In this document: piece by piece, positions 41,521-52,445 of the stretch
Layout: each line of letters begins with the position of its first letter
How positions within the stretch are numbered: position 1 is the stretch's first letter
Source: Euprymna scolopes
Taxonomy: Eukaryota
Reading direction: 5' to 3' (one strand)
DNA: 64,000 nt
Assembly (NCBI GenBank): GCA_053919585.1
Contig: CM132788.1
The notes under the pieces: generated by a model
Databases searched by the model: none
What the model saw: the letters and a program-made list of their open reading frames with translations, nothing else
What the model was told of the DNA's origin: nothing
Program-made: the position numbers and the translations under genes

Positions 41521-42605
41521 TTGAATGGGTCAGCCATTCCACGTTATGGACGTTAAAGTCACCACAGATGTGGATGTTAGCCGAGAGATGTGTAGACAAG
41601 ATGTGGTCTATTTTTTTTCAGATATGCTCTTAAAGATAGTAACTCCGCTGTTGTGGGGCCGATAGAAGGCAAATATAAATGCAGTGATGTAAGCAAGTGC
41701 AACCCGGAAGCACATATAGGGTAAATTAGGATCTTCTCTAGAGATATCCCTGCCACACGGGAAGCCATCTTTAAATGTAGGCACATATTCCATGCCCATG
41801 GCGATCTTGGGGGTCAGATTTAGCTGTTAAGTTAGAGTATCCGTTAATTATGAACTCATCTAGGGAAGTGGTCGGCCCTATTCCAGTTTCGCTTAGAAAT
41901 AATATGTTCGGTTTCGTCTCCTGTAATTGGGTTTCAACCTCTGGAAGGTTGGAACGTAGACCCCTGATGTTGGAGAAGGAGACCTGGTAGTAGGGGTCTA
42001 CGTTGGAAGATGGGGTTCTAGGTTTATTCGAGTTTTTTTTCTGGAGATATTTCATGTTGAGGTTTTGGGATTTGTGGAACAGGTCGGCATACTTGGTTAG
42101 AGCAGTACAGAGAGGGAAAGTAAGAGAGAAAAAGACAAGAAATGTTTTTTGTAGCACACGAAAAGGTAAAGCCGTAAAAATTACCCACTAGTATGGCATC
42201 GAGAGGCCCCACCAGAGAACACTGCATGGTTCAGATCCATTCACCAAATGGCAATACAGCAGTCCCAGTACTTTGCACCTGCTGATAGGACAGCCTCCTT
42301 AGTGATTAATCCAAAGTTCGGGTCCCTGGCTATCAGGCAAATAACGTCAGCCCAGACAAAACGTTTACCTCCAGCACCCTTACTAGTGACATGGCCACAA
42401 GGATAGACATAGAGACAGAAAAATTTCCGACATCTCAGACTACTGTTCACCAAGTACTACCGACCTTTAAGCAGCTTCTCCTTCAGCCTTTGTCAGAAAA
42501 ATCACTCATTTGAATGAGGACTGAGGGACAAAAAACGACAAGCGAGAGTTACTGGAGCTGCCGATAACACATCCACGGTATTATCTACTCTCCATTTAAA
42601 AAAAG
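41521..42605 (-). mobile_element. CR1/Zenon-type LINE, 5' UTR plus N-half of the APE endonuclease only (3' part missing), frameshifted
   Basis: Contains SFSNIRGLRSN...LFLSET...GHGICAYI / KDGFPCGR...YMCFR...FYRP. Collinear with 61521-62606 at roughly 85-90% identity (estimated by eye). Confidence 0.92.
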
Positions 42606-42649
42606 AGAGAAACGGGGAGGAGGTGAATGGGTACAAGTGACTTATTTAT

Positions 42650-43034
42650 ATCTAAGTAGTAAGTCCGATGCTAAATTATCAATTTAGGACGCTTTTGTAT
42701 GATAATCTCCCCTCCCATATTAATGGGTGGAAGTTTGTCGTTATCTATCTCGAGTTTGAATCATTGGAGCTTCACCTTATAATTAAAATCCAATAATTAA
42801 CTTTTATCAATTTGTAAAGTCGGCTTAATATTAATTTACATTCGAGTGTAAATAGTTATTCAAGGTTTTAATTTAGGGGGTTCATTTTCATAGGTGACTT
42901 TTTCTTTGCTAATGTCACTGTATTATATTTCGAATATAATTGAAAAAAACTAACTAATAAAAAATACGAAATCTGCATTAACCAAAATATCATATTTAAG
43001 CGTATTTTACGACCGGGCAATACCGGGTGACCTG

Positions 43035-43038
<4 letters not shown>
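42650..43038 (+). mobile_element. Non-autonomous Helitron-like element
   Basis: 3' GC hairpin ccgggcaataccggg followed by ctgcta(a)t and then (TA)n. The last ~70 bp match the reverse complement of 62733-62801. The 5' boundary is approximate. Confidence 0.65.
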
Positions 43039-43073
<35 letters not shown>

Positions 43074-43217
43074 TTACATATTAGTTCATGCAATATGTTT
43101 CAACGTTGATAGGCAGTCACACTGAATATTAAATTCCTCAATTTCATCCATATCCCGGTCAGGAGAGTAACGTTAGTTTTTTTTCCAATAAGATGTCAGT
43201 TCCAAGGTAAAGCGGTC

Positions 43218-43274
43218 GGTATTCCAAAATGGTAACCTATCTGTTACTAACCAAGCTCAACGTCTCTTAACCTC
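43218..43274 (-). pseudogene. 5S rRNA-derived fragment (SINE3 head or 5S pseudogene piece)
   Basis: The minus strand gaggttaagagacgttgagcttggttagtaacagataggttaccattttggaatacc aligns with the 5S internal control region (gaagctaagc...tggttagtacttggatgggagacc...gggaatacc). Confidence 0.6.
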
Positions 43275-43617
43275 AACATTCTGTTAAAGTGATTTCGCCG
43301 CAAATATTCACATTCTTTAATCATGGCAACATGGCTAAATCGACATATGCAAACAGCTAATTCCTTATGTTCACAAAATTCAAACTGCCATATATTGTTT
43401 TTAGTTTTTGTTTTTGCGTCAGTTAGAATGTTAAGATGACCTTTGAGGTCAGTAAGTATTTTAAATTATGGAGTAAGATTAGATCGAAACATCTTTTCAT
43501 TTCTTGCCAAGAATAATCAAATAACGTCTGTCAAAGACAAAAATATCTTAACATTTCCACTATTCATCCATCTTAATTAGAAATGGTATCCTTTCCATAG
43601 ATTCATTATCGGTGAGT

Positions 43618-43939
43618 GAAAGGAAGAAACGAAAATATTAGTCATATTTAGAACTGCGTCTATTAGGTTTTCATCTGCAAGCTTTTCAAAAAAAAGTTCG
43701 TTTTGGTGCTACAAATTCTACGAGGGGTGTGCTAAAGGTAATGCCTCCTATTTTTTTATTACGCCCGACTATTTTCACACGCATACATACATCTGCTCTT
43801 TTATGTATATAGATTTTGAGAACTATAGAAATTTAAAGAGTTTCAATTTTCTTTTTATTATTTTGGAACTTTCGGGTTGAAAAAAATTAACATTACTAAG
43901 TTATATGAATATAGATTAAATCTGGATTACGTTGAAGAT
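43618..43939 (+). repeat. Copy 1 of a diverged local duplication containing a mariner-type TIR (tacgaggggtgtgctaaaggtaatgcctcctattt at 43719)
   Basis: Collinear with 45676-46077 (aaaatattagtcatattt.gaactgc.tctattaggttttcatctgcaag...). Confidence 0.85.
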
Positions 43940-45666
43940 CCCTAACATTCATAATAGAATTGACAACCTAACCCTAACCCCTAACATTCATAATAGAATT
44001 GACACCCTAACCCTAACTTCTAACATTCATAATAGAATTGACACCCTAACCCTAACCCCTAACATTCATAATAGAATTGACAACCTAACCCTAACTTCTA
44101 ACATTCATAATAGAATTGACAACCTAACCCTAACCCCTAACATTCATAATAGAATTGACACCCTAACCCTAACTTCTAACATTCATAATAGAATTGACAC
44201 CCTAACCCTAACCCCTAACATTCATAATAGAATTGACAACCTAACCCTAACTTCTAACATTCATAATAGAATTGACACCCTAACCCTAACCCCTAACATT
44301 CATAATAGAATTGACACCCTAACCCTAACTTCTAACATTCATAATAGAATTGACACCATAAACCTAACCCCTAACATTCATAATAGAATTGACACCCTAA
44401 CCCTAACCCCTAACATTCATAATAGAATTGACAACCTAACCCTAACCCCTAACATTCATAATAGAATTGACAACCTAACCCTAACCCCTAACATTCATAA
44501 TAGAATTGACAACCTAACCCTAACTTCTAACATTCATAATAGAATTGACAACCTAACCCTAACTTCTAACATTCATAATAGAATTGACACCTAACCCTAA
44601 CCCCTAACATTCATAATAGAATTGACACCCTAACCCTAACCCCTAACATTCATAATAGAATTGACACCTAACCCTAACCCCTAACATTCATAATAGAATT
44701 GACACCTAACCCTAACCCCTAACATTCATAATAGAATTGACAACCAAACCCTAACTTCTAACATTCATAATAGAATTGACAACCTAACCCTAACTTCTAA
44801 CATTCATAATAGAATTGACACCCTAACCCTAACCCCTAACATTCATAATAGAATTGACACCTAACCCTAACCCCTAACATTCATAATAGAATTGACACCC
44901 TAACCCTAACTTCTAACATTCATAATAGAATTGACAACCTAACCCTAACCCCTAACATTCATAATAGAATTGACACCTAACCCTAACCCCTAACATTCAT
45001 AATAGAATTGACACCCTAACCCTAACTTCTAACATTCATAATAGAATTGACAACCTAACCCTAACTTCTAACATTCATAATAGAATTGACACCTAACCCT
45101 AACCCCTAACATTCATAATAGAATTGACACCCTAACCCTAACTTCTAACATTCATAATAGAATTGACACCCTAACCCTAACCCCTAACATTCATAATAGA
45201 ATTGACACCCTAACCCTAACTTCTAACATTCATAATAGAATTGACAACCTAACCCTAACCCCTTACATTCATAATAGAATTGACACCTAACCCTAACCCC
45301 TAACATTCATAATATAATTGACACCCTAACCCTAACTTCTAACATTCATAATAGAATTGACACCTAACCCTAACCCCTAACATTCATAATAGAATCGACA
45401 ACCTAACCCTAACCCCTAACATTCATAATAGAATTGACACCTAACCCTAACCCCTAACATTCATAATAGAATTGACACCCTAACCCTAACTTCTAACATT
45501 CATAATAGAATTGACACCCTAACCCTAACTTCTAACATTCATAATAGAATTGACAACCTAACCCTAACTTCTAACATTCATAATAGAATTGACAACCTAA
45601 CCCTAACCCCTAACATTCATAATAGAATTGACACCTAACCCTAACCCCTAACATTCATAATAGAAT
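43940..45666. repeat. 39-bp minisatellite (~44 copies) containing telomere-type CCCTAA repeats
   Basis: Unit taacattcataatagaattgacaccctaaccctaac(ccc/ttc), with 38-bp variants in the second half. ORF 43932-44594 (NIHNRIDTLTLTP)n is its translation. Confidence 0.98.
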
Positions 45667-45675
45667 CCAATTTGC

Positions 45676-46077
45676 AAAAGAAAGAAACCAAAATATTAGT
45701 CATATTTGGAACTGCATCTATTAGGTTTTCATCTGCAAGGTTTTCACACAATGTTTGGATTGATGGAAGGTGCTATAAACTCTAATAGGGGCATTCCAAA
45801 AGTAATGCACCTATTTTTATTCCGCCCGAACATTTTCACACAAATACATACGTCTACTGTTTTTTTTTTTTTTTTAGAGGTTTGAAGAATTATAGAAATT
45901 AAAAGATTTCAGAATCATTTGCATTTTATTTATATTCATAACTTTTCGACCGATGTAACTTCCAAATTTATTTTTTTTTTTTAAACGTGAGTATCTTCCA
46001 GTGGAAAATAAATGAACACTGTTAAGTGATATAGATATAGACCTAAACAGAATTAGGTTGAAATTCATAATAGACAC
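45676..46077 (+). repeat. Copy 2 of the local duplication, lacking the minisatellite
   Basis: Matches 43618-43960 and ends gttgaa-attcataataga-cac with no CCCTAA. Confidence 0.8.
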
Positions 46078-46104
46078 GTTTAAAACATCGTAATGTTAAC
46101 AATC

Positions 46105-46587
46105 TGCGAAGACGTTCTAAAAGTAATGCCTCCTATTTTTTATTGAATTCGAATAGATCAGAAGGGATTGCAAATTGCATTGTTATGATGACTGAATTTA
46201 TGCATCCATGACCTGAAAGTTTCATCTCCCTATTGCAGATATTTACGATGAGCGATATTGACAGTGTGGAACCATTGAATTTCTATATGCAGAAAAATTG
46301 AACAGACCAACGAGATCGATGCAGCTGATGTCAGCACAGTTAGGAGATGGGTTCGTCAATTTCAGAGTGTCGACAGATATGTGAGTGACAAAGCGTTCTC
46401 CGTACTTTTACGACCAAGACATCAAAAGAGGTAGGCAAAAGCGCATTGAGATGGTGGTGACTGTAAAAAATAAATACCGGAGTACAAAAGGTCGCTCGTT
46501 TGAATAGTACCACGCCCGTTTTTGTAGCTCTTCAACGTTTTAGTTTTTTAATTGAAAATAGGTCTTACTTTTAAAACGACCCCTGTA
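46105..46587 (+). mobile_element. Internally deleted mariner element with both TIRs
   Basis: Left end tgcgaagacgttctaaaagtaatgcctcctattt; right end aaataggtcttacttttaaaacgacccctgTA. Internal remnants TIEFLYAEK, DVSTVRRWVRQFQS and a C-terminal QKRIE..GGD. Confidence 0.8.
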
Positions 46588-47911
46588 ACGGTGATGAACA
46601 AACAAGGTATGCTAAGTTGATTGCTTTAAACACACACACACACACACTTAAACATACATGCGGTGGCAATACCCTCGACTGACATAAACAAATGGATGGG
46701 AAGGGTCTATTAAGAAATGAGGATAGATCTTAACTGGAAGAATGCAGGATACTAGAACATCTGGGACGCTTATTGCTAAAAACCAGCTCTGTAATAACGC
46801 AAAATGATTTTTTCACTTTATTTTTTTTTTTTCATTGTTTCACTTTATTTTTTTATACTTGTTTTTTTATATATATTTTTATGCTTCTATATTGAATAAC
46901 TTTGTATTTCTTCTAACTTTATCATTTATTATTTATTATTTATTATTACTCTCTAATTCTAATATTGTTTGTATCGATTTTCCAATACTCCTTTTTATTT
47001 TAATCCCCTTATTCTGCCATTTCTTTATCCTCTTTTTTATTCACTTAAAACATTCCATATTGCATCCCTTATGATTTATCCCCTATTTTTAATGTTTTAT
47101 TATAGTATTATTCCTTTTAATCTATACTTCATTTAAATACCATGAAAATTTCCGATACTCCTTCTAAAATACGTCTCAAAAGAAAGAAGAAAGCAGAAGA
47201 AGAAAGAAGAAAGAAGAAAGAAGAACAATTGGCCATTTTTTTACCCTTTTTTTTTTTGCTCTCTTTTGACATTTTAACCGACGTTCTGACACTCGCTGGA
47301 TTCATAAGACGCTTCTCTGTAAGAATATGTGCTTTTTGAAACTTATAAGTTGATTTTAGTTGAGATTTGGATAGTTTTGTTTTGTAGGCGTATATAGGCG
47401 TGTACGGGCCATCCCTATATAGAGAGTGCTACCGCCTCTCTGATAACGACATAGCATAAATCTCCTATTTAAAATAAACTCCTTCCATAGCTATAACCCA
47501 TTAATACATATGATTAAATAAGCAACTTCTTTCAATTAACTTACCCTATATTCTTTCCGGTAATCACGAACATTGTACAAAATATATAAAACTTTTCGTG
47601 GCAGATATGCTCTACACCTCCATCATACAATAAAACTACACTTCTTCTGTATCACAGAGATCACTTTAGTTCTCCCACCCCCTCACACTCACATATTGTA
47701 TCTCTCACTGCACATTTATTTCGTTTCTAATGTAACCATCGCTAGACGTCGAATGCTTATGTTACCAAGCATCTTCTCTCCTCTTCTGATGAAAAGCATT
47801 AGGCTTCAAAATACCATGGTGTAAAGAGTTCTTACTTATCCTTCAATCCTAATTGATGTATCATCCTTATAATATAAATTAATGAAACTGTATATATCAG
47901 TATCTATCTTC

Positions 47912-47912
47912 C

Positions 47913-47995
<83 letters not shown>
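47912..47995. repeat. Compound microsatellite (CT)n(AT)n
   Basis: Read directly. Other (TA)n tracts lie near 43039, 48115, 49195, 51146, 51785, 59109, 59270, 59576 and 63161. Confidence 0.98.
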
Positions 47996-47998
<3 letters not shown>

Positions 47999-48106
47999 TT
48001 TTAGATCGGTGGAAAGGTATTTCTTGCCTGATAATATGATTGAAACGGTCTGCACATCGTAGCAAGATATTACTGTATTTGCATAAAAAATAAAAAATGT
48101 ATATAT

Positions 48107-48156
<50 letters not shown>

Positions 48157-48158
<2 letters not shown>

Positions 48159-49190
48159 AATTTTAGTAATTCAATGAATTTAAAATTTAACGCTATATAA
48201 ATTTTGGCTCTGCGCCTAAGAAGCTTTATTTTTCCGAGAATGTTCTATTTATTTATTTATTTATTTTTATCTCAGCTACATTTAAGACGTGATAGCAAAA
48301 ATCTATTCCTGTGAAGACATCCCTGTATAAAATCCAGCCTTTTATTTAATATTTCTTCTTTAGAATTGACTATGTTAAAGGCTTCCAATAAACACAGTTT
48401 GCACGTTTTTGATTTCCCGGGTTTATACTTACACGCCCTATCTACTATTGACCATTTCAATTCAAAATCTTTTTTGTTTCTATGAAGTTCCCTGACCCAA
48501 TCACCTAATGCAGTTGTATTCCTCTTTTTATTTCTAATTATAATTCTTATACCATCCCCCTCCTATCATTAACACCTTCTCTATTAGTTTTCATCTCCGG
48601 TTCATTTTTGAAGGATACAATATGGTTTCTGTGTTTTTCCTTAAACCCGCACCCAGTGGCCCCAAGATATACCTTCTTAATATTATCGGTCTTAATCTCA
48701 CATTTGTACACTATTTCTGAGGTTAAACATTTACCATCCAACGGACAGTTGCCAGGTATTCTGCAGTTACAATTAATCTCTAATTCATCCGATGCTGACT
48801 CGTTATTATTAATTATTCTGCTTATTTTCCTGTTATTATAGTGTTAGCTAAGTCGGCTGAGGTAGAAATTGTTTTACCGAGTTCCTGTTAATTATTTTGC
48901 TTAATCTATTCTCGGGTGGGAAAGATTTATCAATTATTCTGTAAAATTCCCTATGTATATCATTTCGGATATGCACGCTAAACGGCGGATTAAACCAAAC
49001 CTGTTTCTTGCGTCTGTTACTTTTATTAATAGTACCCCCCTCATGATTACCTGTTTCACTGCTAATATTACTCTCGGTGTTTTCATTCCTTTTATCTTTA
49101 TTAATGTAACGTTTATTAATTTTCGGTTTCTTTCTTGCTCTAATTGCCATGTTGTACGATATTCTAGCTGTTTGTACTCCTCTTATATTC

Positions 49191-49194
<4 letters not shown>
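48157..49194 (-). mobile_element. 5'-truncated Penelope-like retroelement: linker plus C-terminal GIY-YIG endonuclease, frameshifted
   Basis: Contains WFNPPFS...FP..NRLSKIINRNSVK, CNC...CPLDGKC, IVYKC...YLG (GIY-YIG), H..H..SFKN, WSIV...CKLCLLE and LNKR...CLHRNRFLL. Bounded by (TA)n on both sides. Confidence 0.9.
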
Positions 49195-49234
<40 letters not shown>

Positions 49235-49236
<2 letters not shown>

Positions 49237-49668
49237 CTTAATCGGTTTGGGTCGAAAATTTTTAGTTACCAACATATAAATGTATGTGTGTATGTATCTA
49301 CCAAAACTTTTCGACAGAGGCGACGGGTTTTTACTAGATCAGTATCGTTTTCATCAAACGATAACTATAAAAAAATTGGCTAAAAACATTAATATCTTCA
49401 CCTTCAACTGGGCACTTTTCTATAGGGGGTCGCTTTTTCCGCCGATATTTTTGAAAGTCATACTCTCCTTTCGATTGTCTAGCCTTAATTTAAATCTACG
49501 TAACTTCCGGTTTTACGGTGGTCGTAACAGCAAAGACGTCAGTTTTTTTCACCGTTCTTTTCCTCTTTCGCGGTACGGTTCGAGCCTGCCTTCCTACTTC
49601 CACTTTTTTTTTTTTTTGCTCAACATACACCTCTAAACAGCCGGGCAACGCCGGACACCCATGCTTGT
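49235..49668 (+). mobile_element. Non-autonomous Helitron-like element
   Basis: 3' hairpin ccgggcaacgccgg followed by gct(t)gt and tatata; tgtatgtgtgtatgtatc microsatellite near the 5' end. The 5' boundary is approximate. Confidence 0.55.
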
Positions 49669-50066
49669 ATATATATATTCGTAATAGTATCTGTACATGA
49701 ATAAACATAACAAAAGATAAATCGAAATTTGAAAAAAGTTTTGTCGATTGCATAGGGCGTGTCACCCCCCCCATACTTTCATGCACATAAATTTTATATG
49801 TTCAATTCTATCAATTACGTAGGTCTTAAAAAATCATTCATAACAGCTGCGATCAATCACTAACTTTTATGAATAAATATTTAATTATTTGTTTCTGATC
49901 GAGTTACATTTAACGGTGATAGAATAATGATTTGAAAACATTTAGATCATTTTTTCGATAATTTGATCTAGGTTTTAACGAATGGGAAAAGTTATTCTGA
50001 TAAGTTTCATTAAAGGGGAATTGATCTTCTTGAGGAAAACAACGAATCAAAGGAATGAACCACAGT

Positions 50067-50796
50067 TACAGGGTAGAACGATAAAATTGTTGCCATAGAA
50101 AAGACGACATGATTTCATTTCCGTTTGATGAAAACCAGTTTTCTTATGTACAAATCCCAAGAGTGACAGAGCCTTCTATCATGTTTTAAAGTAACACAAT
50201 ATTCAACAAGCGATATCGGAGATGCACCGCTGTATAACTCATGCTCTTTACTGATTCAAGTTATGACAACAGGACCATTGCCAGCACCCTCAAAATGCAT
50301 CACTGGATAGTCACAAGTAACAGGGAAATACTCAGGGTGGTAAAAACAGTAATGGTTTTGGTGTGGTTTCACATCATACCAACTCACATCTACAATGTCA
50401 ACACCAAAGTGTACCTGAATGTGCTGAAGAGTGTGGCAGCAAGACTCGGTGCCGGCTCATAAGTCCATGCTTGGCTTCAAAATGTACCCTTCTCTCATCG
50501 ACCACCCCCTTTTTTCGACCTGAACCTGCTGGTCTGTTTTGTCATACGTCTAGAACATCAGCAACATGACTCCCACGACACCAAAGCCAGCCTGATCGCC
50601 GCCCTCAGCCGAGATCCCGCCGCCGCTTGTGGAAAAGGCATGCTCCCAGTTCTGGACCCGTATCGCGATAGTGATTGTGGCTGAAAGCGACTATATTGAA
50701 GAGATGTCAGCTCTACTACATAATCAAGTAACTTAAATTGTTTTTTTGTTTTTTTTTCAATAAAACTTTCTTTCGAGCGACGCGTTTCACTCTGTA
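50067..50796 (+). mobile_element. Decayed, internally deleted maT/DD37D-type Tc1-mariner transposon
   Basis: Ends are TAcagggtagaacg and cgtttcactctgTA. Remnants include VMV, VNTKVYLNVLKSV, QQDSVPAHKS, DLNLL, SHDTKASLIAA, LVEKACSQF and AESDYIE. Confidence 0.8.
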
Positions 50797-51142
50797 AAAA
50801 CAAGAAGTGTAACAGAATTGAGATGCAACTAAATAAATAGAAAAAAATGCATTTTGAAAAATCGGATAGAAATAGTTTCGGGCAATTCTCATTATCATCT
50901 CTTTGACAAAGCGCAATGACTAGAGAATCTGCCATATTTTCCGATTGTCTCAAACAAACGCAAAAAGATATTTTAAGTTGATTAAACACGTTTAAAAACC
51001 TGTTTGTCTCTTACTATTCGCGAGGAAACATTAAATAAGAATTTTTGAAAAATACCAAAATATTGATTCAATTTGCTTTCAACGTACACAACTTCAATTA
51101 CATTTATCAACACATGCTAGTGACCCCCTCACCCTACACATA

Positions 51143-51202
<60 letters not shown>

Positions 51203-51240
51203 GGGGGCTGTGTAGTATTATAATAGCACGCCGGGGCAAC

Positions 51241-51496
51241 NNNNNNNNNNNNNNNNNNNNNNNNNNNNNNNNNNNNNNNNNNNNNNNNNNNNNNNNNNNN
51301 NNNNNNNNNNNNNNNNNNNNNNNNNNNNNNNNNNNNNNNNNNNNNNNNNNNNNNNNNNNNNNNNNNNNNNNNNNNNNNNNNNNNNNNNNNNNNNNNNNNN
51401 NNNNNNNNNNNNNNNNNNNNNNNNNNNNNNNNNNNNNNNNNNNNNNNNNNNNNNNNNNNNNNNNNNNNNNNNNNNNNNNNNNNNNNNNNNNNNNNN
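51241..51496. other. Assembly gap (256 N)
   Basis: Run of N. Confidence 1.
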
Positions 51497-51781
51497 TTTA
51501 GAAAATGTGGATTTAGAGTTTGAATGTTTAGTCAGGAAATTAACTCAGATATAAAATAAAGTCGATTTAGGAATTTTCGGAGTAGTTGTGGAATTTAGTT
51601 ACAAGTAAACACACGGAACACTTTAAAAATTTGTATAAAAAACTTTGAGATATAATCCATGACCTAGGGGTAAAACTACCAACTATCAACTAGATGGTTA
51701 TAGATTAGATGCCAGGTTTGGGATAGGTACTAGTCTAGCCGCACTGAAAAGATGTGATACAGCGTAATATTTTGTCTGTTG

Positions 51782-51830
<49 letters not shown>

Positions 51831-51849
51831 AAATTATTATTCTTTATAC

Positions 51850-52350
51850 CTACAGACACTAGTGCTTCATGCATACGCAATTATCAGTATAGGGGGTACA
51901 ATTCATGTTGGTCATGAGATTGGAACCCTGTCAGGAAGCCACCTTTTACTCCATTTGTTAAATCTCTACCTCGGGACCACCAAAAATTGCGACAATGAAA
52001 AAAAGAACTATGAACGCCGAATTCGAGCGAATAAATTAGACAATACTTTTTCATCATATCTAGATCCGTTGCTACTGTAGATTTGGACAATTTAACCCCA
52101 AACTGGGCTTCAACCCTTTCACAGATCACATTTAATGTGATCCTAGGATTTTCATCCCCTAGTGCTTGAATAAAATCCAAATGTACCTGTTTGACCTTAC
52201 AATTTCTAGGCCCTCCTCGTGTGTCGTGTGTAGAAGGTGGTTTTCTGGATTAAAAAGATTTTCCTCTAGGGCTTTCCAATTTCAACCCATCTCATATACC
52301 ACCAAGATACGTGCTTTCGCACTTCTCCTGTTATCACGCTTCTCAGTTGA
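51850..52350 (-). mobile_element. IS630/Tc1-superfamily transposase remnant (N-terminal HTH region; catalytic domain largely deleted)
   Basis: ARILVVYEMG*NWKAL...RGGPRNCKVKQVHLDFIQALGDENPRITLNVICERVEAQFGVKLSKSTVATDLD fits the RGG-linker plus ENPxITL...S.STV second-HTH pattern. Confidence 0.7.
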
Positions 52351-52445
52351 CCTAAACATTAGGCTTAGAAAATTTAACAAATCAATACCTTGCTGTAGCA
52401 CAAAGATATTTATAAAAAAAAAATGTTATTTTAAATTTCTTATTT

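Noticed and set aside
42605-43038. The same Helitron-like family lies next to both LINE 5' ends (here and at 62733)
   Set aside because: Orientations and intervening sequence differ, so coincidence of abundant elements is the likelier explanation.
43932-44594. 220-aa ORF (NIHNRIDTLTLTP)n
   Set aside because: It is a translation of the 39-bp minisatellite, and 38-bp units later break the frame.
43940-45666. True telomere
   Set aside because: CCCTAA occurs only in runs of 2-3 within a larger unit, and the array is internal to the sequence.
47560-47880. Possible RTE-like RT remnant on the minus strand (LHHG...MLF)
   Set aside because: Too decayed to support without a profile search.
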